This document shows, piece by piece, positions 1 through 9,152 of a stretch of 31,754 nt of DNA (within the stretch, counting starts at the first letter, position 1; every line of letters starts with the position of its first letter). A program made the translations under genes and the position numbers. The DNA is taken from contig JANOAV010000113.1 in assembly GCA_031411295.1 (NCBI GenBank), positions 1 through 31,754 of the forward strand, given 5' to 3'. This stretch comes from Verrucomicrobiales bacterium (GTDB lineage Bacteria > Verrucomicrobiota > Verrucomicrobiia > Verrucomicrobiales > V1-33). Below the pieces are notes generated by a model. The model saw only the letters and a list, made by a program, of their open reading frames with translations. It did not search any database and was not told the DNA's origin.

Positions 1-1
1 C

Positions 2-292
2 ATTCCGGCTGATCCCACGCCGCCGGAGGTGGTGACGGGGCTATCGGTGACGCCAGCGGGGCCAGGTAAAGGGCTGGCGGCTTGGAAGCACGCGCGCAGG
101 GCGACGGGGTATCGGGTATTCCAAAAGGTGATCGGCGTGGATACGGAATTCCATTTCGTGGAACGGGTGCAGGACCTGGAATTCACGCTGAAGGGGCTGA
201 CGACTGGGCAAACGGTGGCGGTGCAGGTGGCGGCGGTGAATGAAGGTGGCGAGGCCGGGATGTCCGCGGCGGTGGAGTGGGTGGTAGGGTAG
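2..292 (+). CDS. Fibronectin type III domain protein, 3' part (runs off the window start)
   Basis: Frame is open from base 2 (IPADPTPPEVVTGLSVTP...). FN3-like pattern W...GYRVF...LKGLTTGQTVAVQVAAVNEGG; same architecture as the C-terminus of 21070..21804. Confidence 0.75.
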   Translation: MPADPTPPEVVTGLSVTPAGPGKGLAAWKHARRATGYRVFQKVIGVDTEFHFVERVQDLEFTLKGLTTGQTVAVQVAAVNEGGEAGMSAAVEWVVG

Positions 293-362
293 GGCGGGGG
301 CCAACGAGGGAAACAGGAATCAGCAAAGTCAGAAGAAAACGGAGAATCATCCCGCGCCTTAT

Positions 363-501
363 TCCAAGTTGCGTTCAAGATGAGAGCTTATCAGATTCAA
401 GCTGGAGGCTTGACAGAAATTAGATGGGGGTATCGCTATCGCTCAACCCCGGCTAATTTCCGAGATCCTCCGGGATCACCTCATCTTGAACGCAGCTTGG
501 A
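363..501. repeat. MITE/REP-like element with 22-bp terminal inverted repeats
   Basis: tccaagttgcgttcaagatgag (363-384) vs ctcatcttgaacgcagcttgga (480-501), 1 mismatch. Internal hairpin gaaattag..gggg-tatcgctatcgctcaa-cccc..ctaatttc. Bases 426-500 recur at 5169-5245. Confidence 0.8.
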
Positions 502-591
502 CTTGGGCCAGCGAAACAAGGCGGACCGGGCGCTCGACCCGGGAGAGTGCGAAACAGACCGGCGGCGGTGAACCCAGAACATGGGTTGCAC

Positions 592-651
592 GGCCATGCA
601 GATGTGCGGACGACGGAGATTTACCCGAAGCTGGCGCGGGCGATGCAGGGA
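592..651 (+). pseudogene. Relic of tyrosine recombinase (integron integrase-like) C-terminus
   Basis: Frame 1 translates GHADVRTTEIYPKLARAMQG, matching the box II GH-x-D-x-x-TT-x-IY motif that carries the catalytic Tyr. No recognisable integrase sequence upstream in frame. Confidence 0.6.
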
Positions 652-805
652 GGTGGAGCGAGGCTGTGCCCGAGCCAGTCGGGAGACAAAGCACCCGAAT
701 TCTAACCGGATGTTCCTAGCGATGCTCGATCTGCGCAGGGAGGAAACTGTGCGAATTTTGGAGATCACGCTGACGAAAGCTCGGTCGCAGCCTCGCCCCA
801 CCTCC
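649..805. repeat. Inverted REP-like doublet
   Basis: ggaggtggagcgaggctgtgcccgagc (649-675) is the reverse complement of gctcggtcgcagcctcgccccacctcc (779-805), 27 bp with 3 mismatches. Confidence 0.7.
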
Positions 806-950
806 GAAGTAGGCTGCTTGCGGTGGAATAATCACTCCTACCACTGGGTGATCCATGGCAAAAGTGGCTTGACCCTCTGCCGCTCTCGTTCTAGGGAAAC
901 GATTCCTTCACCTGATCTGCCGATGGGTGGATGTGAATCTTTTACTACTT

Positions 951-2258
951 ATGGAATTCCAACAAACCTTGGCCAAGCCAGCCACGCTGGCGGGCACCTC
1001 ATTGCATACCGGGGAGAAAGTCACCCTGACCATGAAGCCCGCACCGGCTAACTATGGGCTGAAATTCCGTCGCACAGACCTTGAGGATCAACCCTTTATC
1101 GATGCCGATGTCTCCAAGGTGCTGATGGTGGAGCGCAACACCACCCTCTCCGAAGGTAGTGTCAAGGTTTACACCGTGGAGCACGTCATCTCCGCCCTCA
1201 CCGGCATGGGAGTGGACAATGCGCTCATTGAAATGGACGCCAATGAGCCGCCGATTGGTGACGGCAGTGCGCTGCCTTACATCGAGTGCATCAAGAAGGC
1301 CGGGATCGTGAAGCAAGAGGAGGCCCGCAAGGTCTTCGAAGTGCGGGAGCCGATCCATCTGGAAACCTCCAACGGCAGCATCATCACGATTGTGCCGGAC
1401 AAGAAATTCCGCATTTCCTGCACCCAAGTGGGTCCCGATGGTCGCATGACCCAGTATTTCTCGCTAGAAATCACGCCCGAGACCTACGAAAAGGAAATCG
1501 CCCCGGCCCGCACGTTTGTCTTTTACGAGGACGTGAAGCCACTGTTGGACAAAGGGCTCATCAAGGGTGGCAGTTTGGAGAATGCCATTGTCATTCGCGA
1601 TGAAAGCATCATGTCCAAGGACCCGATGCGCTTCAAAGAAGAGTTCGCGCGCCACAAGATCCTAGATATGGTGGGCGATCTCATGCTCTGCGGAAAGCGC
1701 ATCATGGGTCACGTCATTGCCGTCAAACCCGGTCACGGTCCGAACACGGAGATTGCCCGCAAGCTCAAGGCCGAATACGCCCGCATGCGGTCCATGGTTC
1801 CATCCGTGAACATTCCCCATGGCGAAGCCGTGCTGGACGTGAACGAAGTCATGCAGATCCTCCCGCATCGTTATCCTTTCCTGCTGGTGGACCGGATCGT
1901 TGGTTTCGAAGGAGAAACCAAGTGCACCGGACTGAAGAATGTTTCCATCAACGAGCCGTTCTTCCAAGGCCACTTCCCCGGCCATCCAGTGATGCCCGGC
2001 GTGCTGCAACTGGAAGCCATGGCCCAAGTCTCCAGTATCCTCATGCTCCGTCGCCCGGAAAACCAAGGGAAGATCGGCTACTTTATGAGCGCGGACAAAG
2101 TGAAGTTCCGCAAACCGGTCCTGCCCGGAGACGTTCTCTTCATCGAATCAGAAATCACTAAAGTCCGCCGTAACATCGGCTGCGCCACTTGTCGCTGCGT
2201 CGTCAATGGCGAAACGGTATCGGAGGGAGATCTCACGTTCACCCTCATCGAGCGCTAA
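951..2258 (+). CDS. lpxC-fabZ: Bifunctional UDP-3-O-acyl-GlcNAc deacetylase / 3-hydroxyacyl-ACP dehydratase
   Basis: LpxC motifs QQTL..GxSLHTG, TVEH, HKILD; FabZ motifs LPHRYPFLLVD and FFQGHFPGHPVMPGVL. Start placed at ATG 951 (MEFQQTL). Confidence 0.97.
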   Translation: MEFQQTLAKPATLAGTSLHTGEKVTLTMKPAPANYGLKFRRTDLEDQPFIDADVSKVLMVERNTTLSEGSVKVYTVEHVISALTGMGVDNALIEMDANEPPIGDGSALPYIECIKKAGIVKQEEARKVFEVREPIHLETSNGSIITIVPDKKFRISCTQVGPDGRMTQYFSLEITPETYEKEIAPARTFVFYEDVKPLLDKGLIKGGSLENAIVIRDESIMSKDPMRFKEEFARHKILDMVGDLMLCGKRIMGHVIAVKPGHGPNTEIARKLKAEYARMRSMVPSVNIPHGEAVLDVNEVMQILPHRYPFLLVDRIVGFEGETKCTGLKNVSINEPFFQGHFPGHPVMPGVLQLEAMAQVSSILMLRRPENQGKIGYFMSADKVKFRKPVLPGDVLFIESEITKVRRNIGCATCRCVVNGETVSEGDLTFTLIER

Positions 2259-3019
2259 TGATCCACCCCACCGCCATCATTTCCCCGCAGGCCAAGCTCG
2301 GAGTGAATGTCGAGATCGGCCCGTATTGCGTCATCAATGCCAATGTGGAAATTGGCGACGGCTGCCGGTTGCAGAATCACGTGACCATCACCGGCCCGAC
2401 CAAAATCGGGAAGGACAACCATTTCTTCCCCTACTGCACCATCGGCTCCCAAAGCCAGGACTTGAAATACCACGCCGAGCCGACCTTCTGTGAGATTGGC
2501 GACCACAATTCCTTTCGCGAGTTCTGCTCCGTGAACCGCGGCACCCTGCCCGGCACCGTCACCAAGATCGGCAGCCATAACCATTTCCTCAGCTACGTGC
2601 ACATCGCACACGACTGCACGGTGGGAAACCATGTGATCTTTAGCAATAACGGCACTCTAGCTGGCCACGTCACGGTGGAAGATCACGTCATCATTGGCGG
2701 TTTCACCGCAGTGCATCAATTCTGCCGCATCGGCTGCCACGCCATCACCGGCGGTTGCACTAAAGTCGTCCAAGACGTCGCTCCCTACGTCCTGGTGGAT
2801 GGCAACCCGGCCCGTGCTCGTGGGTTAAATTTAGTCGGTCTCCAACGCCACGGCTTCACCGAAGAAGAACTCCGCGCTCTCAAAGAAGCCTACAAGACCA
2901 TTTACCGCCGGAAACTCAATCGAGCCCAAGCCGTCGAAGAACTAGAATCCACCGCAACGGATTCCCATGTCGCGCATCTGGCGCAGTTCATCAAAGTAAG
3001 CCAGCGGGGCGTGGTGTAA
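2258..3019 (+). CDS. lpxA: Acyl-ACP--UDP-N-acetylglucosamine O-acyltransferase
   Basis: MIHPTAII start overlaps the upstream stop (TAATG); hexapeptide repeats, QDLKY, HIAHDC, HQFCRIG, GLNLVGLQR. Confidence 0.97.
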   Translation: MIHPTAIISPQAKLGVNVEIGPYCVINANVEIGDGCRLQNHVTITGPTKIGKDNHFFPYCTIGSQSQDLKYHAEPTFCEIGDHNSFREFCSVNRGTLPGTVTKIGSHNHFLSYVHIAHDCTVGNHVIFSNNGTLAGHVTVEDHVIIGGFTAVHQFCRIGCHAITGGCTKVVQDVAPYVLVDGNPARARGLNLVGLQRHGFTEEELRALKEAYKTIYRRKLNRAQAVEELESTATDSHVAHLAQFIKVSQRGVV

Positions 3020-3059
3020 TTCCGATCCTCTCCAGAAGACAAGTTGCACGGTTGCCCTG

Positions 3060-4133
3060 ATGAAACATCTCCCTCAGCGCACTTCCTTGGCCGCCCAAAC
3101 GGCGGAGATTTTGCGCGAGGCGATCACTTCCGGACAGTGGCCCCGCTGGTTGCCGGGGGAACTGGAGTTGATGCAGCGGTTGCATGTGAGTCGAGTCACG
3201 TTGCGGGCCGCCCTGGTGGTGCTGGAGCGGGAAAAATTAATTACGGGAGGACAGGGGAAACGCCGTCAAGTGCAGCAGTCCCCGGTTGGTAAGCTGAAGC
3301 CGCCGCCGCCGCGTCGAGCCGTGGTGCTGCTGACGCCTGCTCCGCTGCATCGGTTGCCAGCCGCCACGGTATTCTGGATCGATGAGCTGCGGGAACATTT
3401 GGAGGCAGCGGGATGGCCGTTGGAAATTCATGAAAGCGCGGCGGCGTATCGACGTCGACCCGTGCATGCGTTGGAGGAATTGGCGGTCCGGCTGGCTCCT
3501 GCTGGCTGGGTCATCTTTCGCTCCACTCCGGAAATGCAGCGATGGTTCTCGGATAAGGGTTTGCCGGCGGTCATCGCTGGCTCGGTCTATCCTAACGTGC
3601 CGCTGGCTTCGGTGGATGTGGATTATTTTGCTGGGTGTCGTCATGCCGCCGGGCGCATGCTGGCTGCGGGCCATCAGCGGATGGCGATCCTTCGTCCCGA
3701 CACTTCCCTGGCAGGTGATTTGGCAAGCGTTGAGGGATTTCGCGCTGGAGCCAAGGACGCCCAAGTATCCGAGGTCTTGCATGATGCCACCACTGCTGGA
3801 GTCTGCCTGCGGTTGGACCAACTCTTTGCTCAGTCGCCTGCTCCCACCGGGCTGTTGGTGTTTCATGCTTCACATTTACTAACGGTGATCGGTTGGCTGC
3901 AGCGTGCTGGCCGACGGGTGCCACAGGATGTTTCCGTGCTTTGCCGGGATGATGAGCCAATTCTCGATGCGGTGATCCCAACCCCCAGTCGATATACCCT
4001 GAACCCATTGCTCTTCGCTCGCAAAATTTCCCGGGCCGTGGTCGGCTTGGTGACTGGTGGGGGGAACCAGCAGCGGTCGCGTCTGCTCCCCACCTTCGTG
4101 CGCGGGGACACGCTGGCGAAGGCAGCGGATTGA
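3060..4133 (+). CDS. GntR-HTH / LacI-type ligand-binding transcriptional regulator
   Basis: N-terminal LPGELEL...VSRVTLRAAL (GntR wHTH); C-terminal periplasmic-binding fold motifs SVDVDY, GHQRMA, VPQDVSV. Confidence 0.85.
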   Translation: MKHLPQRTSLAAQTAEILREAITSGQWPRWLPGELELMQRLHVSRVTLRAALVVLEREKLITGGQGKRRQVQQSPVGKLKPPPPRRAVVLLTPAPLHRLPAATVFWIDELREHLEAAGWPLEIHESAAAYRRRPVHALEELAVRLAPAGWVIFRSTPEMQRWFSDKGLPAVIAGSVYPNVPLASVDVDYFAGCRHAAGRMLAAGHQRMAILRPDTSLAGDLASVEGFRAGAKDAQVSEVLHDATTAGVCLRLDQLFAQSPAPTGLLVFHASHLLTVIGWLQRAGRRVPQDVSVLCRDDEPILDAVIPTPSRYTLNPLLFARKISRAVVGLVTGGGNQQRSRLLPTFVRGDTLAKAAD

Positions 4134-4270
4134 GGCCGACTGCGCAGGGAAAAAATTACTAGCGGTGCCTTGCGCGTGTTTTTCCAACGATTCCGGCTGA
4201 CAGCCAGCGTAATTTCGCTAAGATGCAAACTTCATTTTATTAATTTTCTCCAAAATCCTGAACCACTAGC

Positions 4271-4924
4271 ATGAAACGAAATCTCTTAACTATCACCTCC
4301 TTGGTTGGTGTGGTCCTCCTCTCCGCCTGCGATAAAAAGGAAGCGACGATGAACCCTGCGCCTTCGGCTCCAGCTCCAGCGCCTGCGGTGGCAACGTCAG
4401 CCCCTGTGGCAGCACCAGCACCTGTGGCAGCACCAGCGCCTGCGCCTGCTCCCGCAGCGCCAGTGGCGCCTGCCCCTGCTCCGGTGGAACCTTCTGAGAA
4501 GGATGCCATCGCGAGCTTGAATGCGAAAATTGTCGAAATCGACGAAATCATGAAAACCAAGCCCTCGGCCGAGAATCCGATGGCCCAGGTGACTTCCCTG
4601 CGAACCATGCTTGGGGAGATGGGCAAGTTGCCAACCGATGGTCTGCCGACTGACCTCAAGGATACGGTGGTTGGAATGAAAGAACTCTTTGGGCGCGCAG
4701 GCAAGGCGGTGTTGCCTTTCTTCGATGGCATCCCGACCGACCCCGAGGAGCTGAAGCAGTGGGCGGCAGACTTGGCCAAGGATCCGGCCAAAATGCAGGA
4801 GATGGGTGGCAAAATGGCTGGCTTGGGGCCTGCATTGCAGGGCTTCGATGTCGAAATGAAGGAGAAGCAGGCTGCGGCCAAGGTTGTCTTTGAAAAATAC
4901 GGGATCAAGACTCCAGGGGAATAA
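4271..4924 (+). CDS. Lipoprotein with Pro/Ala-rich linker, function unknown
   Basis: Signal peptide with lipobox LSAC; APAP/PVAA tandem linker; helical C-domain; followed by a terminator. Confidence 0.8.
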   Translation: MKRNLLTITSLVGVVLLSACDKKEATMNPAPSAPAPAPAVATSAPVAAPAPVAAPAPAPAPAAPVAPAPAPVEPSEKDAIASLNAKIVEIDEIMKTKPSAENPMAQVTSLRTMLGEMGKLPTDGLPTDLKDTVVGMKELFGRAGKAVLPFFDGIPTDPEELKQWAADLAKDPAKMQEMGGKMAGLGPALQGFDVEMKEKQAAAKVVFEKYGIKTPGE

Positions 4925-4956
4925 GTCCTCTAGTCGTCGTTTCCAATAAATTCACG

Positions 4957-4994
4957 AGCCCCATTTTCGCTTCGGCGGAAATGGGGTTTTGTTT
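4957..4994 (+). terminator. Rho-independent terminator
   Basis: agccccattttcgc-TTCG-gcggaaatggggtt stem with cUUCGg loop, followed by a T-rich run. Confidence 0.85.
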
Positions 4995-5126
4995 GGTTCG
5001 ATCCACTTGGGCCTAATAGTAAATACGCCGATCTCCGTTACAAACGGGCCGCTCGGTCACGCTGGCTCCTGTAACAGGGATGCCAGAATAGGATCGAGCC
5101 AAGCCATTTCCTCTCATATTGCTGAT

Positions 5127-5245
5127 CTGGCATCCTTGCCGGGATGCGATTTTTTTGGTCCGCTAACCGGGGGTATCGCTATCGCTCAACCCCCGGCTAA
5201 TTTCTGAGATCCCTCCAGGATCACTTCATCTTGAACGCAACTTGG
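5127..5245. repeat. Second copy of REP/MITE-like repeat
   Basis: 5169-5245 is near-identical to 426-500 (gggggtatcgctatcgctcaacccc...tcatcttgaacgca[a/g]cttgg); extra palindrome gcatcc-ttgccg-ggatgc at 5130-5147. Confidence 0.8.
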
Positions 5246-5247
5246 GC

Positions 5248-6042
5248 TTAGGTGGTCCAGCGCTGGAAATTCTCCTCCAGAATTCCTGCCAACTCGGTCT
5301 CTGGCAGGCCTTGCAGTTCGGCCAGACCGGCTAGGGAGACGACGAGATTTCCCGGATGGTTTGCGGGTTGGCCCTGGGGATCGAGCAAGGGGAAGCGATT
5401 GTGTTCCGGCGGTGGCCAGAGGGCGGGGGCGTCGGTTTCGATGAGGAGGCGCTCCAGCGGGATTTGTTGAAAGACTTGGCGTTGGAGCGCTTTTCGTTCG
5501 TGCAGGAAGTAAGGGGAGAAGGAGAAATAAGCGCCCAGTTTCACCAAGCCCGGTATCATTTCGCTGGGGCCGCCGTAAGCGTGCAGCAGGAATCCTCGTG
5601 CGGGCAGCGGGTTGCTGCGTAACTCATCCCAGAGCGGCCCCCAGGCTTGGATGCAGTGGATGCTGGCGGGTAAATTCAGCTCTGCAGCCAGAGCGAGTTG
5701 GGGGCGGAAGACGCGGAGTTGATCCGGGAAATCATGATCCTTGACCCATTTATCCAAGCCAATTTCCCCCACGCCGACTAGGTCGGAGCCCGTCAATAGC
5801 TCGCGGAGCGTGGCCAGCCAAGCTTCGCTGCGATCCTTCACATACCAGGGATGCAGGCCGTAAGAGGGGATGACGCCAGAGTGAGTCTGAGCCAGGGTGG
5901 CCACCGTTTCCCAATCGCCCTCATGCAGGCCGTTCACGAGCCACCGCTGGATGTCCAGGGTCTTGGCCTGCGCCCACCAGGACGGCAATATTTCTGCCAA
6001 CTCGGCTTCTTGCAAATGGCAGTGGGCGTCGGTTAGAGGCAT
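5248..6042 (-). CDS. tatD: TatD family metal-dependent hydrolase/DNase
   Basis: DAHCHL, GLHPW, VGEIGLD, IHC, LLIETDAP motifs. Confidence 0.92.
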   Translation of the reverse strand: MPLTDAHCHLQEAELAEILPSWWAQAKTLDIQRWLVNGLHEGDWETVATLAQTHSGVIPSYGLHPWYVKDRSEAWLATLRELLTGSDLVGVGEIGLDKWVKDHDFPDQLRVFRPQLALAAELNLPASIHCIQAWGPLWDELRSNPLPARGFLLHAYGGPSEMIPGLVKLGAYFSFSPYFLHERKALQRQVFQQIPLERLLIETDAPALWPPPEHNRFPLLDPQGQPANHPGNLVVSLAGLAELQGLPETELAGILEENFQRWTT

Positions 6043-6443
6043 GACGTGGCGAAGTTGCGGATGGTTTGCATGACTGCGGTGAGACCGTTCTGGCGGGTAG
6101 GGGAGAGGTTCCGCCAGATGCCGAGGTCAATCAGAATTTGGGGTTCGAAGGCGGCTACCTCCGCCGGGGGATGGCCGTCACAGAGTTGCGCCAGCAGCCC
6201 GACTAATCCGGCTACTAACGGAGAATCAGCAACCGAACGAAAATGACAATTTCCTGCGATCAACGAACCTGCCAGCCACACTTGCGAAACGCATCCGCGC
6301 ACGAGGTTGGCCTCGGTCTGATCGGCTGCAGCCATGGCTGGCAGGCGACTGGCGCGTTGCACGAGGGTGCTGAGTCGCTCCTGCGCGTCTGGCAGGATCA
6401 GGAGTTGTTCGGTGAGGGCATGTTCGCGTTCGCGCAGGGTCAT
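6033..6443 (-). CDS. sufE: SufE family Fe-S cluster sulfur acceptor
   Basis: VRGCVSQVWL catalytic Cys motif, ADSPLVAGL, LSPTRQNGL; start placed at MTLRERE (6443). Confidence 0.9.
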   Translation of the reverse strand: MTLREREHALTEQLLILPDAQERLSTLVQRASRLPAMAAADQTEANLVRGCVSQVWLAGSLIAGNCHFRSVADSPLVAGLVGLLAQLCDGHPPAEVAAFEPQILIDLGIWRNLSPTRQNGLTAVMQTIRNFATSCL

Positions 6444-6509
6444 GGGAAAAGAATTGGTTGGCAGGAGCGGGGAATGGTGGCAACAGAGACGACTCTCAAA
6501 TTCCGACTT

Positions 6510-7475
6510 ATGTTTCTGGCCGACTATCTGCACAATCTCAACCCCATTCTCTTCGAGTTCTCGGAGAGTATCAAGATTCATTGGTATGGTATTGCCTACG
6601 TGCTGGGATTTGTCTGCGGCTACTGGTGTCTGGTCTATCTGGCGCGCAAAGGGATCGGCGTGCTGGAGGAGAAGGAACTGGCCGACTTCATTACCTATGC
6701 GGCCATTTTCGGGGTGCTGCTGGGAGGACGCTTGGGCTACATGTTGTTCTATGCCCATGAGGAATTTTTCAGCCACCCACTGAGCATTTTTAAATTACAG
6801 AATGGCGGGATGTCGAGTCACGGGGGGATTCTGGGACTGTTCTTCTACACCCTGTATTACGCTGTTAGGCATCGGAAGTCATGGCCGGGGGTGGGGGATA
6901 ATTTGGTCTGCGTGGCTCCGTTCGGATTGCTCTTTGGACGGTTGGCCAATTTCGTGAATGGCGAACTCTGGGGGCATGTGTGCAAGGACGGCTTTCCGCT
7001 GGCGGTGCGCTTTCCATCGGAGTTGCGGGATATTGCGATTGCAGAGCCCGAGAAGTATCAGACGATTCTTTCACAGTTGCCCCAGATGGATCCAGGCACT
7101 CCTCCTGAAGCCTTGGTGGTGGCAGCGCGCGAACATCCAGATGTGGCCATGGTGATCTATGATTTCCTGCCCTCGCGTCATCCTTCCCAATTGTATGAAG
7201 GAGCATTGGAAGGCGTGGTGTTGTTCCTGATCCTGATCTTTGTGCGGGTGAAATTTCCCAAGGCTCCGCACGGCACGCTGACTGGGTTGTTCTTCATTTT
7301 CTACGCCATCTTCCGGATGTTTATCGAGCACTATTACCGCGTGGGCGATGGCGAGATCTGGGGAGTCAGCCGAGGCTTCTTCTACAGCACCTTCATGATC
7401 GGCATCGGTCTGGCGTTCTTGATCTATGCCAAGGTGCGCCAGCGGGGGATGGGGAATGTCGAGGCGAGTTCGTAA
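6510..7475 (+). CDS. lgt: Prolipoprotein diacylglyceryl transferase
   Basis: [40 protein letters not shown] motifs; start placed at MFLADY (6510). Confidence 0.96.
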   Translation: MFLADYLHNLNPILFEFSESIKIHWYGIAYVLGFVCGYWCLVYLARKGIGVLEEKELADFITYAAIFGVLLGGRLGYMLFYAHEEFFSHPLSIFKLQNGGMSSHGGILGLFFYTLYYAVRHRKSWPGVGDNLVCVAPFGLLFGRLANFVNGELWGHVCKDGFPLAVRFPSELRDIAIAEPEKYQTILSQLPQMDPGTPPEALVVAAREHPDVAMVIYDFLPSRHPSQLYEGALEGVVLFLILIFVRVKFPKAPHGTLTGLFFIFYAIFRMFIEHYYRVGDGEIWGVSRGFFYSTFMIGIGLAFLIYAKVRQRGMGNVEASS

Positions 7476-7519
7476 GCGGGAGATTGACTTTCTTCGGCGG
7501 ACGTGTTGGATGGGATTCT

Positions 7520-8341
7520 ATGAAGTTTTCTATCTGTAATGAAACGTGGCAGGGGCCGGAATGGCCCTTGGAGCGGGTGTGTGAGCGTATTGTGGCTGCG
7601 GGCTATACCGGAGTCGAGATCGCCCCGTTCACGCTCAAGGCGAATCCTTGGGAAATGACGGAGGTCGAAGCGGTTAAGGCGGGGGAAATCGTGCGGGCAG
7701 CGGGGCTGGAGGTGGTGGGACTGCACTGGCTGCTAGTGGCTCCGGCGGGATTTCATATCACGTGCCCTGATGCTGGGATCCGGCGGCGCACGGCAGAGTT
7801 TGCGCAGCATCTGACGCGCCTCTGTGCCGCCATGGGCGGGAAAATCATGGTTTGGGGTAGTCCCAAGCAGCGGAGTCTGGAGGAAGGTTGGGACCGGGCG
7901 GAATGTCGGCAGCGTGCGGCGGAGGTCTTTCGCGCTGTGAGTGAGACGGCTGGTCCACTGGGCGTAACCCTGGCGTTGGAGCCACTGGGGCCCAAGGAAA
8001 CGAATTTCATGACCACCGCGGCGGAGACTGCGGAGATCATTCGACTGGTTGATCATCCCGCCTGCAAACTTCATTTGGATGTGAAAGCTATGAGCAGCGA
8101 GCCCACGGCCATCGCTGAGATCATTCGCCAGCAAAAGGATCTGACGGTTCATTTCCACGCGAACGATCCGAATCTACGCGGCCCAGGCATGGGCGATGTG
8201 CCCTACGGTCCGATTGTCGAGGCGCTGCGGGAAACGAATTACCAAGGCTGGGTCAGCGTGGAGGTATTCGATTACACGCCGGATGCGGATACCATCGCGC
8301 GGGAGAGTCGGGAGAACCTCCGACGGTTCTTTGGAGAGTAG
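7520..8341 (+). CDS. Sugar phosphate isomerase/epimerase (TIM barrel, tagatose/psicose 3-epimerase-like)
   Basis: [15 protein letters not shown]...ETNF, HFHAND...[12 protein letters not shown] metal-binding pattern. Confidence 0.88.
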   Translation: MKFSICNETWQGPEWPLERVCERIVAAGYTGVEIAPFTLKANPWEMTEVEAVKAGEIVRAAGLEVVGLHWLLVAPAGFHITCPDAGIRRRTAEFAQHLTRLCAAMGGKIMVWGSPKQRSLEEGWDRAECRQRAAEVFRAVSETAGPLGVTLALEPLGPKETNFMTTAAETAEIIRLVDHPACKLHLDVKAMSSEPTAIAEIIRQQKDLTVHFHANDPNLRGPGMGDVPYGPIVEALRETNYQGWVSVEVFDYTPDADTIARESRENLRRFFGE

Positions 8342-8402
8342 AAGACAAAGAGGAAAAGAGGAAAAGCCACCGATGATTGACACTGTTTGAATCCTGTCTT
8401 GT

Positions 8403-8445
8403 CATGGCGAAATTTCATTGCCATGCAGAAACAAACTGCTACTAT
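8403..8445 (+). promoter_or_regulatory. Putative sigma70 promoter with overlapping inverted repeat (TA operator)
   Basis: TTGCCA (8418-8423), 16 nt, TACTAT (8440-8445) preceded by TGn; catggc-N11-gccatg (8403-8425) overlaps the -35; ATG at 8452. Confidence 0.5.
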
Positions 8446-8451
8446 AAGAGC

Positions 8452-8655
8452 ATGAGTATCGAAGTCATGGAGCGTGAGATTCAGGAGCTGAAGTTGCGCG
8501 TTGAGCAATTGGAATCAATTTCCGTGCGCTCGGCCAAGTTGGTTGCAAAGCCCACTTGGCGCGATGCCTTGGGGGCATTGAAAGATTGTGATTTGCTCGA
8601 TGAAGCCGCGCGGCTGGGTGCGGAATACAGAGCCAAGGAAAACACAAATCGTTAA
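8452..8655 (+). CDS. Putative antitoxin (VapB-like)
   Basis: 67-aa ORF ending 3 nt before the PIN toxin gene; N-terminal coiled coil, C-terminal W...G...D..L.EA.RLG..YR. Confidence 0.7.
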   Translation: MSIEVMEREIQELKLRVEQLESISVRSAKLVAKPTWRDALGALKDCDLLDEAARLGAEYRAKENTNR

Positions 8656-8658
8656 CTC

Positions 8659-9081
8659 ATGTTCGTGATTCTTGATACAAATCATTTCACTGAGCTAGTA
8701 AGAGATTCGTCGGCTGGGAACAGGCTATACGCAAGAATGCTGGCCGATCAGGCTGACGTATTTATTTCTGTGATCTCTGCCCAGGAATCCCTGGGTGGGT
8801 GGCTGGCAGTGATAAACGGACAGAAATCCGGAACCGCGCAAGTTAAATGCTACCAGCAATTTCGACAAAGCATGGACGCCTTGGCTAAATTTTCGCTAAT
8901 CGATTTTGACCATGAGGCAGCGTTAAGATTTGAAGCGCTGCGCCAACAACCCCCACGAATTGGGACGATGGATCTGAAGATCGCAGCCATTTGCCTGACG
9001 CACGATGCCGTTCTGCTGAGCAGGAACCTGCGGGACTTTGAACAAATCCCGGGACTGAGAGTGCGAAATTGGCTGGACTGA
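8659..9081 (+). CDS. vapC: PIN-domain toxin (VapC family)
   Basis: ILDTN, IGTMDLKIAAICL, LLSRNLRDFEQIPGL..NW motifs. Confidence 0.92.
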   Translation: MFVILDTNHFTELVRDSSAGNRLYARMLADQADVFISVISAQESLGGWLAVINGQKSGTAQVKCYQQFRQSMDALAKFSLIDFDHEAALRFEALRQQPPRIGTMDLKIAAICLTHDAVLLSRNLRDFEQIPGLRVRNWLD

Positions 9082-9152
9082 AATATTTCACAGCGCCCCA
9101 GAATCCACCTTTGCGGATTCGCCAAGTTCCTCATGCTGGCTAGCGTCCGCCC

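Noticed and set aside
581..1051. 156-aa ORF and other overlapping ORFs upstream of lpxC
   Set aside because: They cross repeats and lpxC, lack motifs, and look like GC-rich shadow ORFs.
4403..4437. 18-bp tandem repeat in the lipoprotein gene
   Set aside because: Simply encodes the Pro/Ala linker.
4989..5207. 72-aa ORF or RAYT transposase remnant beside the REP
   Set aside because: No HUH or other RAYT motif in the frames I read; the ORF runs through the repeat.
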